A DNA stretch of 64,000 nt from a virus: the IMG/VR virus record IMGVR_UViG_3300020411_003715, positions 116,107 to 180,106 of that record. One strand, 5' to 3'. The notes below the pieces were generated by a model. That model searched no databases. It was not told the DNA's origin and saw nothing but the letters and a program-made list of their open reading frames with translations. Made by a program: the position numbers and the translations under genes. Within the stretch, counting starts at the first letter, position 1, and every line of letters begins with the position of its first letter. Positions 26,623 to 36,800 of the stretch are shown here, one piece after another.

Positions 26623-29600
26623 ATGGCGCATCTTAAATTAACACATGCTCCGGGAGGACAAACCGGGGACAAGATCTATAACGCTGAGGCCATCCAGCCG
26701 GGGGACCCTACTGAGAAGGTCTCCGTTGTATTCTCACAGGTTGATGACGTCACCAGCGCGCTCTGGACAGGCGGAGACTATTCTAACGATATCGCGGCTG
26801 TAGGGTTTTACATTAACCCATCGTGGAAGCTGTTTGGCCCCGATGGTCCCCCAAGGACACTCTCCGGAGGCACCGGCGAGGTCAACGACCCCAAAGAGTT
26901 CCATCCCCTCACTCCGGGACGATGGCTCGTTCGCGTGGATGCTACTGAGCTTATCCATGGCGGGAATGGGCAGGATGCGGTGGTCGCCGCAGCCAGCGCG
27001 ACTTCTTTCTCGGCTTTTATTGAAATTGAAGACCCAAACGTACTCGGTAATATTGATGGCGGCCACCAGGAGTATTCTCCAGGATCCATAGGTACGTCAT
27101 ACATGGCCCCTACGGAGCGGAACGAGTTCGACCCCGACGAGGGCTGGTCTCGAAGTGCTGAGCGCTACTTCTCAACCATCACTAAGCAGCTTGGTAACCG
27201 TAGGATACTGTCCGGTAAGGCAACAACTTCGGTCGAGCATGGGGACCTTGTAACGTTTGAGAATTATCGTCGGTGGAAGAACTCCATCGTCGGCGAAGAC
27301 CCAGGCGCGCAGCTAAACGAAAATTACTATTACAACTACGCAGTCGAGTTTAGGAAAGTAACGCTTTCAGACCTGGACGGTGGTGACATCCTAGAGCTGC
27401 CACTCTTCATAGCGCTTCAGCCCGCAGGTGTTGGGGAGAGAACGTATGCCCTTGTAGAGGGGACGCTCCCATTTGACACGATAGACATCCTTGGCGGAGC
27501 ATCCCCCGGGGACAGGATTTACGCCTCCATCGGGGGCGGGATAACCGCAACAAAGCCAAGCTCGATACAGGGAACTTACCTTGATAGGGTTATTGGTGAA
27601 GTCACGAACTCAGGACACGAGGACGCGCCGGGAATCCCAGGCACCATATTCTTCCACGGTACCACTCCGTGGCTCCCAGGGCTTGTTAGCGGCCCCCTTG
27701 AGAGCACGGACGACGCGCTTGTTCGCTGGGACGGGGTAACTGGCCAAAAAATAAAGAACAGCAAGGTCCTTTTAGAGGATTCAGAGAATCCGGAACCTGC
27801 TGCCCGGATACTCACAGCAGATTCCCCGAGGGCGCTAACAATCACAACTATGGCCAATCCAGCAGGGCCATCAAGCTCCACTACCGTTAGTGCGGGAGAC
27901 TCGTCCGGGGTCCATAACGCTGGGACTGTCTTTGTTTCGGGTGGTGCTGCTGATCAAGGCGACGGTGGTGACATCCAGATTGACGGTGGCGCTTCTGCGT
28001 CAGGAACCGCTGGCCAAGTAAACATCCAGTCTTCGACAGACGCTCCAACCATTGTTGGGTTCTCGGGGATGACGGTATCGTCCCCGTTCACTGTATGGGA
28101 GTCGGCTCAGGTGCGGTCCTCCGCTTCGGGTGCTGACTTTAGCGTTAATTCCTCTGCCGCAGCAGCAGAGGTACGCGTGGCGGGGACCACGGTGTCTCGG
28201 CTCACGCTTATATCCCCCGAAGACGTCTTGGTTGGGCTCATCTCAGCCAACGACAAGAACCCGGCCATAAAGTTTTACGACTATGATGCACCCGCAACCG
28301 AGCTGGGCAGCATTATTTATAATAAGGCGGTAAATCACACTGGTGACTACTTGTCTTTCGGGGTGGCCGCTCCAGGTCCCCCGCTAACCGTTGAAGAGAT
28401 ACTCAAGCTGTACGCGGCGTACGCAGTGGTGGAGGGTAATCTTGAAGTAAACGGTGAGCTTGCCGCAGACTCAGCGGCCATCGGCGGAGCAGGCGAGGCT
28501 GGAAAAACGCTCGTGGTTCATGGTGATGTGAAGATCACAGGACTCATTGACCCAACAGGAATGGTCTTTGACGAGCAGGACCCCGCAAACCCTCCTCACG
28601 ACCCAACCATAGCTGGCACAGAGGGCTTAATTTATGTGGCCCAGAGCGGGAACGCTGCTGTCCCCAACACGCTTAGGTGGATAAATAACCTTGGCACCGA
28701 AGTAGACATCAGCAAAGACGCTGTTAAGACTACGGCCACGTCTACAGACATGGCGATTGCTAGCTGGAGCGGTACCGGCGGAGACCAGCTTCAGAACACA
28801 CGCATTCTCATTGATCATGTTAACAGCACGTACCCTTCCATAAGCACAGACCCCAACGAGGCTTTGGTTGATGCGGACAATAACGGGGTGTGGGATGGAA
28901 CACCTTCACTCCTGATCCAAAGCGCTGACGCGGTCGACCTTGATGGCACACCGATAAAAACGGGTGACCTCCACCTCAAAACGGGTCAGCCGTGGATAAA
29001 TGCTGCGAACCAAGTGGTTTCGTCTGCTGGCGACGTGCTTATCAACCCAGGCCCCGGAGTCGGGGAGGATTGGAACTCTGCCTCTGCCGATGAAAGAGCG
29101 GGTGGCGGTAGCGCAAAAGTCGAAGCGGGCGGCTCCGTGCACATGCACGCCAAGGGCGGCGAGGTGTCCCTGAAGGGTGGTCTCCACAGAGGTGGGTTGA
29201 TCCGGGATCAAGTGGGGAACGTAGATCCTTCAAACCCCAATCACGGAATAGGTGAGGGCGGCAAGGTATCGGTTGCGGGAGGCATCGGCAACACAGGCGG
29301 TCCCGTCCTCATCAAGGGTGGAGACTCTGTAGTAGATGAATCAAATGACCAGCCCGGAATCGGTCCCGGTGGTGATGTTGAAATATCCGCTGGTAAGGGC
29401 GGTATCTGGGAAAACCACAATCAGAGCACAACAACCATACACGGGGAGACCCTAAGTGGCGGGTCGGTAACGATATCTGCTGGAGATTCTACGGCCTCCG
29501 TTGATGACGGTAACGGGGGAGGTAACCCAGGAGATCCGCTAAACAGATACGGCGGCGTAGGTGGTGGCGTCATCATAACCGGTGGTGATGCTGGGTACGG

Positions 29601-32364
29601 CACCGGTGGTCTGGGCGCAGAAACAAATGCTGGCGGAGTGATAGCAAAGCACGGACATGGTGGTGACATCACGATTAGGTCCGGAAAGGGCGACCATTTC
29701 GGTCCTGGCGGTAGTATCCACATCCGGACGCAGCACACGCACGTGCATGACCCTAATGATATACAGGGAGTGCCTCAAGGCCAGGGCGCTGTTGGGGACA
29801 TCAACGTTGTTGCGGGCGACAGTGTTGCGGGCTCTCTGCACCGCGTCATGGGCGGCGATGTGAATATTGCTGCTGGTAAGGCAGGCTTAAACAGTAAGGC
29901 GGTAAATAAATATAATGATGGTAATAACAATCTAGCCGGGACGGCTGGCGGTAACGTTATCATCAGACCCGGTGAGCCTGATTGGGATGGCGCGGGTCCC
30001 GACTTCAATTGGCCCAAGATAGTAAACCCCGGACAACCAAACAATGGCGAACTTCAGGGCCCTTGGCCTTCAGTTATAGCTCTCGACCCCGATAAACGCG
30101 GTATGGTTTCTATCGGCGCTGACCACTTCAACGGCCTAACAGATCAGGGAGCGAACGGAGGGTTCTTTCAGAACGGGTCTATGCTTTGCTTTGGGCGGGT
30201 TCCAAGTCTATTTGTAGACGGCTTAGTTAAGTTTACAGACCTTATTGATCCGACAGGACTCACCCTGACCCCGCAGACCGAAAACCCTGCGCTGGTGCAC
30301 TTAAGCTCTTCGGAGCGAACAGAGTTTGCGGACGAGGCAGCCGCAACGCTATGGATGCACTCTGACTACAATGGGCAGGGCCAAACGCTGATGATCGGCG
30401 ACGCCCCTGTGGGCACCGGCGGGGGCGGAGGCGGCGGAGGCGGAACAACAAACGTTGTGGCTCCCTTTGCCTACGCAGCGATGGAGCCCGGATCTCCTAA
30501 CAGCAACGACTCCGGAACAGGGACAGGGGTGTCTTGGACGTGGAATGCCACCACTGACACCTTCAGTGTGACCTTTGACACGGCGCGAGCGGACACTTCC
30601 TACGTAGTTGTTACGGACGAAGAGTTCGCTGATGGTACTGGTTCTCGATACATGATGGTGCAGAACAAGGCCACCACTGGTTTTGAAGTCAAGATGTATG
30701 GCGGCACAGGTCCTATGGGCGCGGGTGACGCTAAGGTCGTGATGGTTTACGGGGCGACCCCCACGATTGCCGTAGGCGGTGGCGGAAGTGGCGGAAGCGG
30801 AACCGACACAAACGGCTCCATATTCATACACTCGCTCACCCCGGACACCGGTAATATTGGCGTTACAACTGCTGAGAACAACACGCGTCTGTCCGGAGCG
30901 GTCGCGGATGCGAGCGTTAGTCAAATAACCGTTGGGGTGTTTGCTTATCCTGGCGGCCAAAACGTTAGACCCAACGCTACGGTTAACGGGCAGGCGGTAA
31001 CTTGGAGCACAAATCCTAGCCAGAACCTGACTACATATTTTGGTACTGCGGTTGTTACGATGAACTCGGGGGACATTGTCGCTACACACGAGGACGGAGC
31101 GACCCACACGATTACCGTGACGTCTGACCCTGCACCAGTTATATCGGCCACCCGCTTTCAGGGGTCGTACCCAGGCTCTCAGACAGAGCTTAAGGCGGGC
31201 GATACGTTTGATCTCTCTGTATCAGCGGATATTGCTTTCGACCGAATAGAGGTTGAGAACAGTGGGGCGGCTACAGGGTACACATGGACAGGCCTGAACA
31301 CTTCGAGCCATACCGTATCAATCACAGTTGCCGATCGAGGCAACACCACCCAGGCCCTACCGGTTCGGGTAAGGGTAAGAAAGAGCACGGGTACCTGGAG
31401 TTCATGGGTATACACAAACCAGGGCGGAAGCGTTGATGCAGTCAATGTTGTTAACTTAAATAACACGTACCCATCCGTAGAGTCTTTGTCGCAGGCGGAC
31501 ATTACATACCCGTCTGGACAGGAGGCGATTAAGGATTCTGAATCTGTCGATATCGACGCACTGTGTACGGATTTCGACACAATTTCTTACACAAGCCCGA
31601 ATGGACAAATCAGCATCCCAAGCCCAAGCTCGTATGCCCGTGTTAAGACGGTCAGTAGAGCTTCTGGTGGGTACAACCTAAGCTCTACCAATTACAGGGT
31701 CACGGCCACACGCACAGCCAACAATGCTACTACAACCAGGAATCTTGTTGTATACATAGCTCATGACGACCCGACGATAACAATGTCGTCTGCACAGTAT
31801 CTCAGAAGCGGTGGTGCGGACGGAACATCGGAACAGAGCCATACAATAACGATGACAAGTAACCAGCAACTATTAGGGTCCGCAGCACCGAGCATAACTG
31901 ATCCGCCGGCTGGTGGCGGAACTTGGTCCGGGACTTTTGGAACAGGAGCGGGCCCAACATACACAAGAACCCTTTTGGTAAATGACTCAGACCTGAAGGG
32001 TAATTATTCGTACGGAACGCTTAGCGGGGTTGTGAATAAGGCCGGGAGGGTTGTTACCGCCTACACCGGAAGCAACACGTTTTATACATTACGAGGCTTT
32101 GTGAGCAGAACAATCACCTTGGCAGCATTTGCAAATGAGGCCACTATGAACGTTCGAGCCATAAACTACTCAAATGTTGTGCTGTCTTGGAGCGCAAAGT
32201 CGCTCCCCAACAAGGAGGCCGTGGGTACAACCACGACACCAATGGCTGATAGCTGGTGTCTGGATGCGTTGGACTCAAATCCCACCACGATCCGAATATT
32301 GGATACCGGAGCTACAGGCTCCAGTTCTGCGCCGACGCAGATTACAATTGAGGAGACTGTCTAA
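26623..32364 (+). CDS. Long tail fibre-like protein with G-G-x-V-x-I-x-A/G-G repeats (1913 aa)
   Basis: Many Gly-rich beta repeats, duplicated fibre motifs, poly-Gly hinges and Ser/Thr-rich beta-sandwich C-terminus; GGAG SD upstream. Confidence 0.7.
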   Translation: MAHLKLTHAPGGQTGDKIYNAEAIQPGDPTEKVSVVFSQVDDVTSALWTGGDYSNDIAAVGFYINPSWKLFGPDGPPRTLSGGTGEVNDPKEFHPLTPGRWLVRVDATELIHGGNGQDAVVAAASATSFSAFIEIEDPNVLGNIDGGHQEYSPGSIGTSYMAPTERNEFDPDEGWSRSAERYFSTITKQLGNRRILSGKATTSVEHGDLVTFENYRRWKNSIVGEDPGAQLNENYYYNYAVEFRKVTLSDLDGGDILELPLFIALQPAGVGERTYALVEGTLPFDTIDILGGASPGDRIYASIGGGITATKPSSIQGTYLDRVIGEVTNSGHEDAPGIPGTIFFHGTTPWLPGLVSGPLESTDDALVRWDGVTGQKIKNSKVLLEDSENPEPAARILTADSPRALTITTMANPAGPSSSTTVSAGDSSGVHNAGTVFVSGGAADQGDGGDIQIDGGASASGTAGQVNIQSSTDAPTIVGFSGMTVSSPFTVWESAQVRSSASGADFSVNSSAAAAEVRVAGTTVSRLTLISPEDVLVGLISANDKNPAIKFYDYDAPATELGSIIYNKAVNHTGDYLSFGVAAPGPPLTVEEILKLYAAYAVVEGNLEVNGELAADSAAIGGAGEAGKTLVVHGDVKITGLIDPTGMVFDEQDPANPPHDPTIAGTEGLIYVAQSGNAAVPNTLRWINNLGTEVDISKDAVKTTATSTDMAIASWSGTGGDQLQNTRILIDHVNSTYPSISTDPNEALVDADNNGVWDGTPSLLIQSADAVDLDGTPIKTGDLHLKTGQPWINAANQVVSSAGDVLINPGPGVGEDWNSASADERAGGGSAKVEAGGSVHMHAKGGEVSLKGGLHRGGLIRDQVGNVDPSNPNHGIGEGGKVSVAGGIGNTGGPVLIKGGDSVVDESNDQPGIGPGGDVEISAGKGGIWENHNQSTTTIHGETLSGGSVTISAGDSTASVDDGNGGGNPGDPLNRYGGVGGGVIITGGDAGYGTGGLGAETNAGGVIAKHGHGGDITIRSGKGDHFGPGGSIHIRTQHTHVHDPNDIQGVPQGQGAVGDINVVAGDSVAGSLHRVMGGDVNIAAGKAGLNSKAVNKYNDGNNNLAGTAGGNVIIRPGEPDWDGAGPDFNWPKIVNPGQPNNGELQGPWPSVIALDPDKRGMVSIGADHFNGLTDQGANGGFFQNGSMLCFGRVPSLFVDGLVKFTDLIDPTGLTLTPQTENPALVHLSSSERTEFADEAAATLWMHSDYNGQGQTLMIGDAPVGTGGGGGGGGGTTNVVAPFAYAAMEPGSPNSNDSGTGTGVSWTWNATTDTFSVTFDTARADTSYVVVTDEEFADGTGSRYMMVQNKATTGFEVKMYGGTGPMGAGDAKVVMVYGATPTIAVGGGGSGGSGTDTNGSIFIHSLTPDTGNIGVTTAENNTRLSGAVADASVSQITVGVFAYPGGQNVRPNATVNGQAVTWSTNPSQNLTTYFGTAVVTMNSGDIVATHEDGATHTITVTSDPAPVISATRFQGSYPGSQTELKAGDTFDLSVSADIAFDRIEVENSGAATGYTWTGLNTSSHTVSITVADRGNTTQALPVRVRVRKSTGTWSSWVYTNQGGSVDAVNVVNLNNTYPSVESLSQADITYPSGQEAIKDSESVDIDALCTDFDTISYTSPNGQISIPSPSSYARVKTVSRASGGYNLSSTNYRVTATRTANNATTTRNLVVYIAHDDPTITMSSAQYLRSGGADGTSEQSHTITMTSNQQLLGSAAPSITDPPAGGGTWSGTFGTGAGPTYTRTLLVNDSDLKGNYSYGTLSGVVNKAGRVVTAYTGSNTFYTLRGFVSRTITLAAFANEATMNVRAINYSNVVLSWSAKSLPNKEAVGTTTTPMADSWCLDALDSNPTTIRILDTGATGSSSAPTQITIEETV

Positions 32365-32984
32365 TGGGAGTGTCAGAGAACGCTTTTGAGATCGAGCGCC
32401 GACAAATAGCATGGTCTCCACTAACGACCCTTAACGATACCGTTACGTCGCTTCTGTACGATGGGGACCCGAACCAAGTAAGTTCGTCGGGGACCGACGG
32501 CGAGCAGTGGTTATACACTCTTCCTATTGGGCAGTTTTACAAGCAATCAGACGCAACCCTTTGGTGGAAGTCCGCTTCGCCCAACACGTGGGTTAAGGTT
32601 ATACAGAACACGACTGGATCTGGCGGGGCCGTCTACCACTCTGTAACGTCGCTTACGTCCTCGAACGTTACCACCGGGGACACTATCGGAAGCGCAGACT
32701 ACACGTATTCTGTCACAAGCTCTGATTACTATATAGGTGTAGATAGCGGGTCAATTCTGTCAACGAGCCAAACATTAGCCATAGACCTGCCCCAGCCTAC
32801 CGCCCAAGAGGCGGGCAGGACCATAGTGATAAAGGACGCAATACCAAACGTGGTGAACGGTATCGTCAACATAAGGGCTTATTCAGGAACGTTTGTCGAC
32901 GGGGTAAGCACGTACCAGCTTAATTCGGTTCCGAGAGCTTCGGTAACCCTGTATACTGATGGGTCCAACTACTATGTTGTGTGA
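32364..32984 (+). CDS. Short fibre-associated protein with a C-terminal fibre/baseplate beta module
   Basis: YSVTSSDYYIGVD...IDLP...GRTIVIKD...VDG...SVTLYTDGSNYYVV is a recurrent phage fibre module; TAATG-coupled to the fibre gene. Confidence 0.6.
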   Translation: MGVSENAFEIERRQIAWSPLTTLNDTVTSLLYDGDPNQVSSSGTDGEQWLYTLPIGQFYKQSDATLWWKSASPNTWVKVIQNTTGSGGAVYHSVTSLTSSNVTTGDTIGSADYTYSVTSSDYYIGVDSGSILSTSQTLAIDLPQPTAQEAGRTIVIKDAIPNVVNGIVNIRAYSGTFVDGVSTYQLNSVPRASVTLYTDGSNYYVV

Positions 32985-33145
32985 CAGTCTTAGAGTATTA
33001 ACCTGTAATGAAAACAGGAAAAACTTTTTACTACACAACGTTCTCAATCCATTAAGAGGGCTATATGATGATTGTGGCGGAACTAATGGCTCGACTAAAT
33101 ACGCAGCCCTAGGTAGTTTAGGGCCAAGCCGAGGGGTTTAGAGAA

Positions 33146-33805
33146 ATGATTTTATCCGAAAAACTAGAGCCGACAATTAATGTGGCGGTCGCAGTCTTCT
33201 CTAAAGATGGGGAGCTGCTTGATCAAAGGCTCGGCCATAACGTATTCACGAACACGGGAAGGAATTGGCTTGCACGGTTGGTCGGTTCAGACGGGTATTC
33301 TTTCGACCCCCCAAGCCCCCACAGAACCGACAAAATAATGTATATAGGTTTCGGCTGTGGCGGTGCTCTGCAGTCAGATAGCAACTTCGCCACGGGGCAG
33401 ACCGAGCTTGTCACAGTCACCGCTCTGCAGGACCCCGTTCCAGTAAGTATCGATGTGAACCAACGACTTTATCTAAAGCGCGTAGATGACCAAAAGAATA
33501 ACTCAGTTTACTTCCCTGGTGATTTTAGAACGCGGTTCATTGTTGACATTGCTGAGGACGAGCTTTCGTTTGCAGGAAATGTCACGAGAGTGTCTAATGT
33601 TGAAGTGGGCACAAGCGTACCAATTTCTGAAGCAGGTCTTTATTTAAGCTCCGCAGATCCCAGGTTTACTCACGACGCAAACCCTCCGCTCCCGAACGAG
33701 GCGGACCCGGCAGCGCCCAATTATTTGGTTGCGTATAATATTTTTGACCCTATCCACATTACGCCCAATGTTATTTTGCGGATAGAGTGGGAACTGCGCT
33801 TCTAA
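33146..33805 (+). CDS. Baseplate-associated fibre attachment protein
   Basis: GHNVFTNTGRNWLARLVG...MYIGFGCGG...ISEAGLY...LRIEWELRF pattern is typical of proteins preceding tail fibre genes in myoviruses. Confidence 0.6.
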   Translation: MILSEKLEPTINVAVAVFSKDGELLDQRLGHNVFTNTGRNWLARLVGSDGYSFDPPSPHRTDKIMYIGFGCGGALQSDSNFATGQTELVTVTALQDPVPVSIDVNQRLYLKRVDDQKNNSVYFPGDFRTRFIVDIAEDELSFAGNVTRVSNVEVGTSVPISEAGLYLSSADPRFTHDANPPLPNEADPAAPNYLVAYNIFDPIHITPNVILRIEWELRF

Positions 33806-33817
33806 GGAGTCTAAGGT

Positions 33818-36800
33818 ATGTCATACAAATATTTTGGTAGATTAGCGGGCGGGATCCCAACGGCGAAGCAGGCCCTTAAAGAGACAGCGCCCCCGAATAC
33901 AAAGACGCCATTCAACGCACAAGCGCCCGCAACAAAATTTCTTGCGTACGGTGAGGATGCTACAAGTTTAGCCTTCAACAGGGCATTTGCGGCCCTTTCC
34001 GCAAACGCTGATTATTTAGCGCACGTCTTAGACTCTCCGACAGTAAAGGACGTCACCCTTTCACCCACAAGGCAAACTGCTGTCTCGGCGGGCAACGATA
34101 CACCTGACGATATAGCGCTAGGGCCCGAGGGCTATTACGAGAGCGGGTTATCAACGTTATCTGGCGGGACGTCTAGCGCTTCTTCCCTGGTCCACCTTCT
34201 GGACACATCAAACGGCGCTGGGGGAGAGTCAAAAACGCCGATCACGTGGGTTTACCTCGGACTTCACAAATCCAAAATTGGTAGCAACGTACAGTTCTAC
34301 CAGACCTCCCCAAACACCCTTCACCATAGCTACTCTAGTTCCTACACGGGCACCGCCCACGTTGGTCCACAAGTGGGGGGTGTCGGTGGGCTTAGTGATC
34401 CATACGCGACACATACAACTACTCCGATTGACGCATACAGAAACTCTGCGGATGCCAACGCGGGAGTTTCCTATTGGTCGATGGATTACAAGCTCGGCGG
34501 CGACCAGAAGTATCTCGCTAATGTCTCTGAGGGCATGCCCATCCACGTGCCACCCATTCAGAGAATCAAGGCCCAGGTCACCCCGTACGCTGGTGACTGG
34601 AAGGCTGTAAACATTTATAAGTTTGATTCTGACGGGGTGTACCTACAGGACCATACATTTTCTGAGCTTTTTCTCCGCCCCGGTTGCTTTGTTGAGATTT
34701 CGGGGGATGGGGACGAGCATGTAAACCATGGGAACAATGGTCTCTTCCAGATAGCTTCTGTGATCGGGAGCGACCATAAGCCTGCAGACGGAGGACAGGG
34801 AGACAAGGCGATCCTTACCCGTGGTGGCTTATGTCGAGTCACGGTTCGCGATTGGCGCGTTTTCGGTCGCGGGGAGATGGTCTCTTGGGCCAGCGCACCG
34901 AATCATAACGTAGACGTGAACAAACCGGGCGAGCGAGATAACTACGCCTATGTGGCCTACATTGTCCCCCGACCAGATATCGAGGTGGCTCCAGCATCGG
35001 GAGATTATCCTGGCGACCTATATTTATCGGCGCACAGCGCGCTAGACGACTTTAAGCATGGGGACTCCGGCCGTAGAATCGGAAGCCCGTCCAATGCAGG
35101 GTCCGCTAGGTACGAAGGTATTGGGAACGCCGGATTCGGGACGCTGGACCCAGAAGATCCAGTGAAAGACCATCTCGGAAATGAGATAAATAACGCGCTA
35201 CAAAACCACGGAATTCTTCCTGGCACTCGGCTTTATCACGGCCACGCACACTTCTACCCAGACCAGTCCCCATGGAACCTTCCCGCAGAGTACGCTAGTG
35301 CATACTCTGACGTTCTCTCAAAAGCTGAGGGAGGGGCAATCGTAGGTCCGGGAGAGCCTGTTGTCTTTGATACAACTACTGCGGCAGGCCGCGTGTGGCC
35401 ATGCTCCCCTGCTGGATTTTCGCTCAACCCGTCTTTCCATATGCCGGACGATAATCAGCTAAGAAATGCTGACTACATGGTAGCGGCAAAGACTCTTACA
35501 ACGGTAAGAGAATCACTTATCGAGTCTTCTGTTTCCGCCGGAGGCGTTAACACTTTTGGGATAAATAGCCCTAAAGAAGCACTGCTGGATAAGTGGTTAA
35601 AATACGTTAAGTACGGCTCAGTCACTGTCGCTAACGCAAACGCTGACGACCTCATGCATGGGTCGGATAAGCTCATCGGTTCCCAAGCTCTTGGCAAAGT
35701 GGTCGCCCCCAGGCACGATAACTTGAACGACGCATGGGCTCCAACTGCAACGCTTTTGGGTGCGGACCTTTGGGAGGTGACGGTCGTACTCGATTCGACG
35801 GCTGGTCCCGCCGTTGGTGATCAAACTACGTTTGAGTCTCACTACGCGAGCTGGAAGGCTCTCGGCAACAATAACATATGGCCCACTATCGGAAATTCTC
35901 ATGAACTGGCCTTTTGGGATGTATCCCAGCCCTACATGGACGGTTTCCTGGGGGTAGACGCTGGTAGCGAGAGGACACACACCAAGGCGCGAATCGTAGC
36001 CGTAGACGGGAACAAGGTCACCTTTGCCAACGTCTTCAGGGCCCCAACATCTTTTAATTCTAACAATACCTTCTCTCACTATCACCTCCATGACGGGTGG
36101 ACGGAGAATAAAAAGCTCTGGCCGATAACAGACCAGGGCGACAAATCAAAAATCAAATTTAACATAGCTGGCTCGTACGCTATTTATAAGGTCGAGCAGA
36201 TACACAAGGCCCCCGTTACGGACAATCTTGTTGGCAACCTCTCTATTCCGAGAACAGGTCTCGATGGGATATACAACAATAGCCTTTCTGCCAACCCAGC
36301 TCTCCGCGGAGACTTGGGTACCGCCGGTGCCGATAACATACATGTAGCGTCCGGAACAGGTAATGAGGTTTGGGTAAATCCGGCAAGGCCCATTACGTTA
36401 ATACTTCCTGGCGGGGACGAGCTTGACGGCCTAACAAAGCACCCGCATGAGTGGGCTAGCGGTAAGGGGGAGGTCGGCCTACTCACCAAGAACAACAATA
36501 AATATTATGCCGTAATGGCAAGAATGACCCGGCGGTATGCGTCGGGGGACGTTCAGAACTTACTCCATTCGAACGACCAGACTACTTCGTGGAATGACGG
36601 CGAATTCTCTCTCGGTGAGCCGAGGCTTGAGATCTCTTGGCGTTACGGAAGCTCACATGCCCACAGGCTTACGCACGGATGGTTTAACGCTAACTCTGAC
36701 GGAAATGAGTACGCACCATCCTCCTGGAAGGGTCTCGCTGGGACGCACCTGTTCACATATTCCGAGTCCATGGTCGGTGGGTATGACAAGTCTAAGCGTA

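Noticed and set aside
3624-33820. TATG or TATWATG at many structural gene starts as a phiKZ-like late promoter
   Set aside because: The motif includes the start codon itself, and some cases are simple TAATG stop-start overlaps; T before ATG is common, so this is not separable from chance without TSS data.
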